Source: Spirochaetales bacterium (GTDB taxonomy: Bacteria; Spirochaetota; Spirochaetia; JABEVK01). Taken from it: a stretch of 64,000 nucleotides of DNA. A program made the translations under genes and the position numbers. The stretch lies in assembly GCA_037142615.1 (NCBI GenBank), contig JBAXAI010000001.1, positions 64,001-128,000 on the forward strand. Reading direction: 5' to 3'. The notes beneath the pieces are model-generated. The model ran no database searches. It saw only the letters and a program-made list of their open reading frames with translations, and was not told where the DNA came from. Shown piece by piece: positions 57,720-64,000 of the stretch (the first letter of the stretch is position 1; each line of letters starts with the position of its first letter).

Positions 57720-58921
57720 GCAGACACTCGCGATCGGCTTTTCCGGCGGCCGTGACTCCTCGGTGCTGCTGGCGCTGTGCGCCCAGACTCATCCCGTAGA
57801 AAAGCTGGTGGCCCTCCACGTGGATCATGCCATGCGCCCTGTGCAGGAGCGTGCCCTGGAACGTGTACTGGTCGAGCAGCAATGCGCTCGCTGGCACGTG
57901 CCTTTGCGAATCTTTGAGGCCACTTCGTCCCTTTCGACCGAAGTTTTGGCCCGACGGTTCCGGTTTCAATGCTTTGAAAGGTTTCTCATCGAAAACCCAG
58001 GTGGAACAGTCCTCTTGGCCCATCACGCTCAAGATCAGGCCGAGACGGTGCTCATGAGATTGCTCAAGGGACGCTCCTGGACGGGTCTTGCTGGAATACC
58101 CGAGAGCAGGCCGGGGTTTCTGCGTCCATTGTTGACCGTCACTCCTCAACAACTGCAACTTTGTGCCGTCGAACTGGGCCTCATTTGGTCTGAAGACTCC
58201 ACCAACCAGGAAACGAGGTATTTGCGTAACGCCTTGAGGAACGAGGTTCTCCCGTTGTTGACCACTCGTTTTCCGCGTGCCGTGGAGTCCCTGGTCCGCT
58301 TCGGCGAAGTTTGGCGAGAAATGGCGCTCCCCACCTCACCCGATCGCACGTGGAACCTGGAGCCAAGCGCGGCCCGCTTGCCACGGTCGGTCTGGGAGTC
58401 TTGGACCCCTGTGCGCAGGGAAGCTGAACTGCTGGCTGTCGCGCAACGCTGGAGGCCGGGAACTTCCGTGCCACGGAGGTCACTGGAGCAGTTGGTGAAG
58501 TCTCTCCAACAAGGTGGCGCAGGCGAGGCGGGACGCTATCAGTTGCGCTATGACAAGTCTGACCTGGTATGGGAAATGGTTGCCAAAGTCCCGGCAGTGC
58601 AGTACTTTGTTCAGGTCCCGCAAGGAATTCTGACTCCGTTTCATGGGGGTGAGGTTCGTTGGGTGGCGGAGCTCGACAGCGGGAATCCACCCGACGTTTA
58701 CGTCGCCAGTTGGGGTTCGCAGGTGGTTCGCAGGTGGTTACGGAAGAAGCCTTTGCAGGCTTATGCTCACTTGTCCTACGCCTCCTGCGTCTTTTTGTTG
58801 GTGGATGAGCATGTGCATGAGGTGTATGATACCTCGACCGGCGTTTTGATTTGGTGTGAAACTGAGCCCCACTATTTGAAGGGAACAAGAATTTTTAGTA
58901 CGTTGAAGGTACGGAGCGTAT

Positions 58922-58935
<14 letters not shown>
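57649..58935 (+). CDS. tilS: tRNA(Ile)-lysidine synthetase
   Basis: FSGGRDS, HVDHAMR, LAHHAQDQAET, RPLL, EDSTN, RNALR. Confidence 0.92.
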
Positions 58936-60805
<1,870 letters not shown>

Positions 60806-60808
60806 ACC

Positions 60809-62386
60809 GTGTCTAGGGGGAGCGTGAGGGCGGTTGTCGGGCTTGCATGGGCTCTTTCGGCTTGGGGACTGAGCGCTCAGTCCGACGACACAGTCCGTCA
60901 CTACCTCGCGCAGGCAACTGCGCGGGGTTTGCCTTTGCTGGCCGCCACCGAACCGAAAGATCAAGTTCCCTTCTGGCCCGAACTGGAGCTCGAGCTGGCC
61001 GTTCGAACCTCCAACTCTCCCGGGGCTGACACGGCCTTGGTCGAGGCTTGGAGTTTGCTTCAGCAGGACCGAATCAAAGAAGCTTCGGGGGTATTGGAAG
61101 GCTTGTGGTCTTCTCCGCCGTCCGGCTCATCGACCTTGCCAATCACCCTTCGCGCCGAGGCCTGGTTTTCTACACTTCGCCTTCTGGCGCAAGACGAAAA
61201 GCTTACGGCGGCCTGGAAGGCTTGGGAACAGAAGTACCTCAGCCCTTCCGTGATCGAGACGGGTTTGGAAAGCCTCGAAAGAACCCAGCCGTCTTCGGTG
61301 GTTGGTGTACTCAAGCAGGCCATGGAACTGTATCCCCAGGACCGACGCTGGCTGGTTTGGCTCCTGAGGCACCCGAAGGAGTTATCACAAACTTTGGCTT
61401 TGGTGCAACGTGACCGCGTGCTCGGCGGTGGGTTTTCCCCAACGGAACTCAGGGCCATCCTGCGGCGCAACCCGGCCAGTCGCGAGCTTTTGCTAAAAGC
61501 AGGGTACGCTGCAACCTCGCTCGACGCCTCGCTGACCTGGGACTACGCGACGTTGGCCTCCAAGCCGGTAGAAGCCGCGACTGGCACGTACTTCTGGGAC
61601 ATCAATATCGACGGGCTTACCGACAGCCGAGTGGTGATGTCGGGTGGGCATCTTCAGGTCTGGAGTCAAGGGCTCGGCGACCCGGAAGGTCAGTCTTGGT
61701 CCATTTCGTTTGCGAAGGGCAAACCGGTGCAGTGGCAAGAGGGGGTTCGTTCGGCGCGGTGGACCTTGGACTACGAGGACTACCCGTACGCCCGTACACT
61801 CACCTATACCTACGCGACCCACGAGATTCAGTACCAGTTTCCGCCATTCTCAGTGGCTGTACGTCTGGCGCCCGACGAACGTTTTCAGGGTCCCGAGGTC
61901 CTTTGGCCGTGGGAACTCGACAAGAGCCGCCAGCCACTTTCGCTGCCTTCCTTGGTTCTTCAGGCCTCTTCCATCCTCAACCGGGAAGCTGGTTTGGTCC
62001 GGTCGACGGTTTCGCTGGCTTCGGGGGCCGTTTGGCTCACAGTAGACGACGCCGATAGCGATGGCCGCGCAGACACTTGGAGTTTCTTCCGTCAGGGAAA
62101 GCTCGACCGGGTGTACCGCAATCCTTCGGGCGAGGGTGCTGCGGCCACCCTTCAGGAACTCTATTCCAAGGGTGACTTTCAGGCTTTCTTGGCCGATCCG
62201 GCCCGGTCAGGGCGAACGATGTTCGCTCTTTTTCCTGAACAGCAGGTGCAACTTTGGGACCCTGAGGGTACGGGAACACCTTGGCTTCAACTGGCTAACT
62301 GGGGATCCGAGCGAGTCGAAGCGGCGGCCTTCTCCGGTGAGACGATTCCGTGGGCCACGATGCCGGTATGGGAATCTCGACCTTGA
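60809..62386 (+). CDS. Exported hypothetical protein (helical N-terminus, beta-rich C-terminus with DxDxDG-like motifs)
   Basis: Signal peptide; DINIDG and DADSDG motifs; tightly linked to ftsH and the protease gene. Confidence 0.6.
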   Translation: MSRGSVRAVVGLAWALSAWGLSAQSDDTVRHYLAQATARGLPLLAATEPKDQVPFWPELELELAVRTSNSPGADTALVEAWSLLQQDRIKEASGVLEGLWSSPPSGSSTLPITLRAEAWFSTLRLLAQDEKLTAAWKAWEQKYLSPSVIETGLESLERTQPSSVVGVLKQAMELYPQDRRWLVWLLRHPKELSQTLALVQRDRVLGGGFSPTELRAILRRNPASRELLLKAGYAATSLDASLTWDYATLASKPVEAATGTYFWDINIDGLTDSRVVMSGGHLQVWSQGLGDPEGQSWSISFAKGKPVQWQEGVRSARWTLDYEDYPYARTLTYTYATHEIQYQFPPFSVAVRLAPDERFQGPEVLWPWELDKSRQPLSLPSLVLQASSILNREAGLVRSTVSLASGAVWLTVDDADSDGRADTWSFFRQGKLDRVYRNPSGEGAAATLQELYSKGDFQAFLADPARSGRTMFALFPEQQVQLWDPEGTGTPWLQLANWGSERVEAAAFSGETIPWATMPVWESRP

Positions 62387-63945
62387 AGCTCGGTTGGGGA
62401 CTGGCGGCCTTTGTCCTAGCCCTCATTTCCTGTCAAACTTCGCACAAGATCGCGCCCTGGGAGCCTCCAACGACTACGGAAGCGACCCTGTCGCGGGCTC
62501 AGGTAGAACTCGACCACGAGCGGCTATGGAAGGCCTGGGTGCTCCTGATGAACTTTGGCAGGGGTTCTGATCTCGAGCTTTCACTTCTGAAAGCCACCGA
62601 GCAGAGACTGCTCGAGCGATTTGCGTCCTGGAGAGCCCAGCCGGGTAGTCATCCCGTTGCTCAGTGGTCTGCGAACCTGGTTGTGGCCGGTCTTTCCTCC
62701 GCGACTTCCGCTGACCTGAGCAGTCCTGCGGTACTTGTGGCGAGACCGCAAGGACCTGCGGGGACCCCTTCCGACTGGCTCAAGGGAACCGTTACGGTGA
62801 TTGTCAACAAGGGACTCAAACTCGACCACGGTTCTGCTTCGCCCGATGTCGTGATTGGCAGCGGGTTCTTCATCGACGAGTCGGGTTTGCTTATCACAAA
62901 TGAGCACGTGATCGCTTCTGCCATCGAGCCCGGCACCGTTTCTTCCCGAATCAGCCTCAGGCTTCCCGGTTCCAAGGGCGAAAGAGTTCCCGCCAAGGTG
63001 ATTGGCTGGGACAAGAATCACGATGTGGCCCTCCTCAAAGCTGAGGTCAAGCCCGACTACGTGTTCGCCTTCAGCCCCATCGAAACCGTGACTCCGGGGC
63101 AGCGGTTGCAGGCTCTGGGGTCGCCCGGCGGTCTGGAGGCAACCGTCACCGAAGGAATCGTCTCGGCTACCGGGCGGACTTTTCTCCCGATGGGCGAGGT
63201 GTTTCAAATCGACGTGGCCGTCAATCCGGGCAACAGCGGAGGTCCGCTTGTGGACTCGTCGGGTCAGGTCGTCGGGGTAGTCTTCGCCGGCGTCTCGGAG
63301 TTCCAGGGGGTCAATTTTGCTATTCCGGCTCCACTTGTCCAGCGGCTTTTGCCACAACTCAAGGCGGGTGGTAAGGCGTTTGTTCCCTGGATGGGCCTGG
63401 GACTGCAGGAAGACATGACTGGTCTGGAAGTCGTGTACGTGCTCCCTCAAAGTCCCGCCGACTTTGCAGGCTTCCTTCCCGGGGATAGGCTCGTTTCCTT
63501 TGACAAGGTTCCCGTGAAGGAGATCGCGCACACCCAAGCTCTTGTTCTCAACGAAGGAGCCGACCGGGTGGCTCCGATGGGAATCATCAGGGCTGGTCAG
63601 TCCCGAACCCTCTGGACGACTTTCGAAGCCCGACCGGACTTTCCCCTTCAGGTCGCCACCGAGAGCGATCTGGTGGGAAAGCTTCTTCCTTTGGTGGCCG
63701 GCATCGAAGCCGATGATGTCGGGACTCCGGTAGACCGAAGTTTCCGTGTCAAACGGGTCTGGGCTGGCACCGACGGAGAGGCCCTCCAATTGACCGAAAA
63801 CGACCCGGTGACCGTCCTCGAGTGGCAGGCGGATACCAAGCGTAACGTGCTGACCGCCCGTTTGGCTATTAAGCGAAGGGTCGGCGGCTACTTCGAGGCG
63901 CAGGTTCAACTCGAAGCTCCCCTGGCTTTCCGCCAGTTCCTCTAG
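62383..63945 (+). CDS. Trypsin-like (S1C/HtrA) serine protease with PDZ domain, probable lipoprotein
   Basis: GSGFF, TNEHV, DVALLK, VNPGNSGGPL, PDZ (SPADFAGFLPGD); LISC lipobox. Start uncertain (62350, 62368 or 62383). Confidence 0.88.
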   Translation: MKLGWGLAAFVLALISCQTSHKIAPWEPPTTTEATLSRAQVELDHERLWKAWVLLMNFGRGSDLELSLLKATEQRLLERFASWRAQPGSHPVAQWSANLVVAGLSSATSADLSSPAVLVARPQGPAGTPSDWLKGTVTVIVNKGLKLDHGSASPDVVIGSGFFIDESGLLITNEHVIASAIEPGTVSSRISLRLPGSKGERVPAKVIGWDKNHDVALLKAEVKPDYVFAFSPIETVTPGQRLQALGSPGGLEATVTEGIVSATGRTFLPMGEVFQIDVAVNPGNSGGPLVDSSGQVVGVVFAGVSEFQGVNFAIPAPLVQRLLPQLKAGGKAFVPWMGLGLQEDMTGLEVVYVLPQSPADFAGFLPGDRLVSFDKVPVKEIAHTQALVLNEGADRVAPMGIIRAGQSRTLWTTFEARPDFPLQVATESDLVGKLLPLVAGIEADDVGTPVDRSFRVKRVWAGTDGEALQLTENDPVTVLEWQADTKRNVLTARLAIKRRVGGYFEAQVQLEAPLAFRQFL

Positions 63946-63965
63946 AGGTGTGTTGGCCGGATTTC

Positions 63966-63994
63966 TTGAAACTTCTGGGCCCTTCTGCTACATT
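63966..63994 (+). promoter_or_regulatory. sigma70 promoter, predicted leaderless, for a gene starting at the window edge
   Basis: TTGAAA-17-TACATT with extended TG; the window ends 6 nt later. Confidence 0.5.
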
Positions 63995-64000
63995 GCGGCA

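Overview
A gene-dense, GC-rich bacterial chromosomal segment with no mobile elements, CRISPR arrays or rRNA. It is most likely from a free-living member of Spirochaetota. This is inferred from the Borrelia/Treponema-like block rplU-prp-rpmA-obgE-nadD-LCP-rsfS-tRNA-Gln-rplY-pth-tilS-ftsH, a type-2 IleRS and a spirochaete-type HrpA. Most genes are housekeeping or metabolic: ileS, hisS, argS, hisHF, aroB, leuA, gltBD, prs, rimO. The most notable observations are: (1) at least ten genes have a sigma70 -35/-10 pair whose -10 box ends exactly 6 nt before an ATG with no Shine-Dalgarno, pointing to widespread leaderless mRNAs, some from nested divergent promoters; (2) a 75-aa, about 61% Asp/Glu protein with its own consensus promoter lies divergent from tRNA-Gln; (3) a CHASE2 adenylate cyclase faces an operon for an SLH-like protein, a predicted outer-membrane barrel and a FecR protein, possibly a trans-envelope cAMP system; (4) a self-contained nine-gene FAS-II operon carries both FabA and FabZ, an NS-type ACP, an acyltransferase and a PPTase; (5) a Leu5 leader peptide and attenuator, absent from the ORF track, precedes leuA; (6) several proteins appear catalytically degenerate (DtxR, GGDEF, LCP), and Prp is kept although L27 lacks its N-terminal extension. 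All family calls come from motif recognition by eye; no database searches were run.
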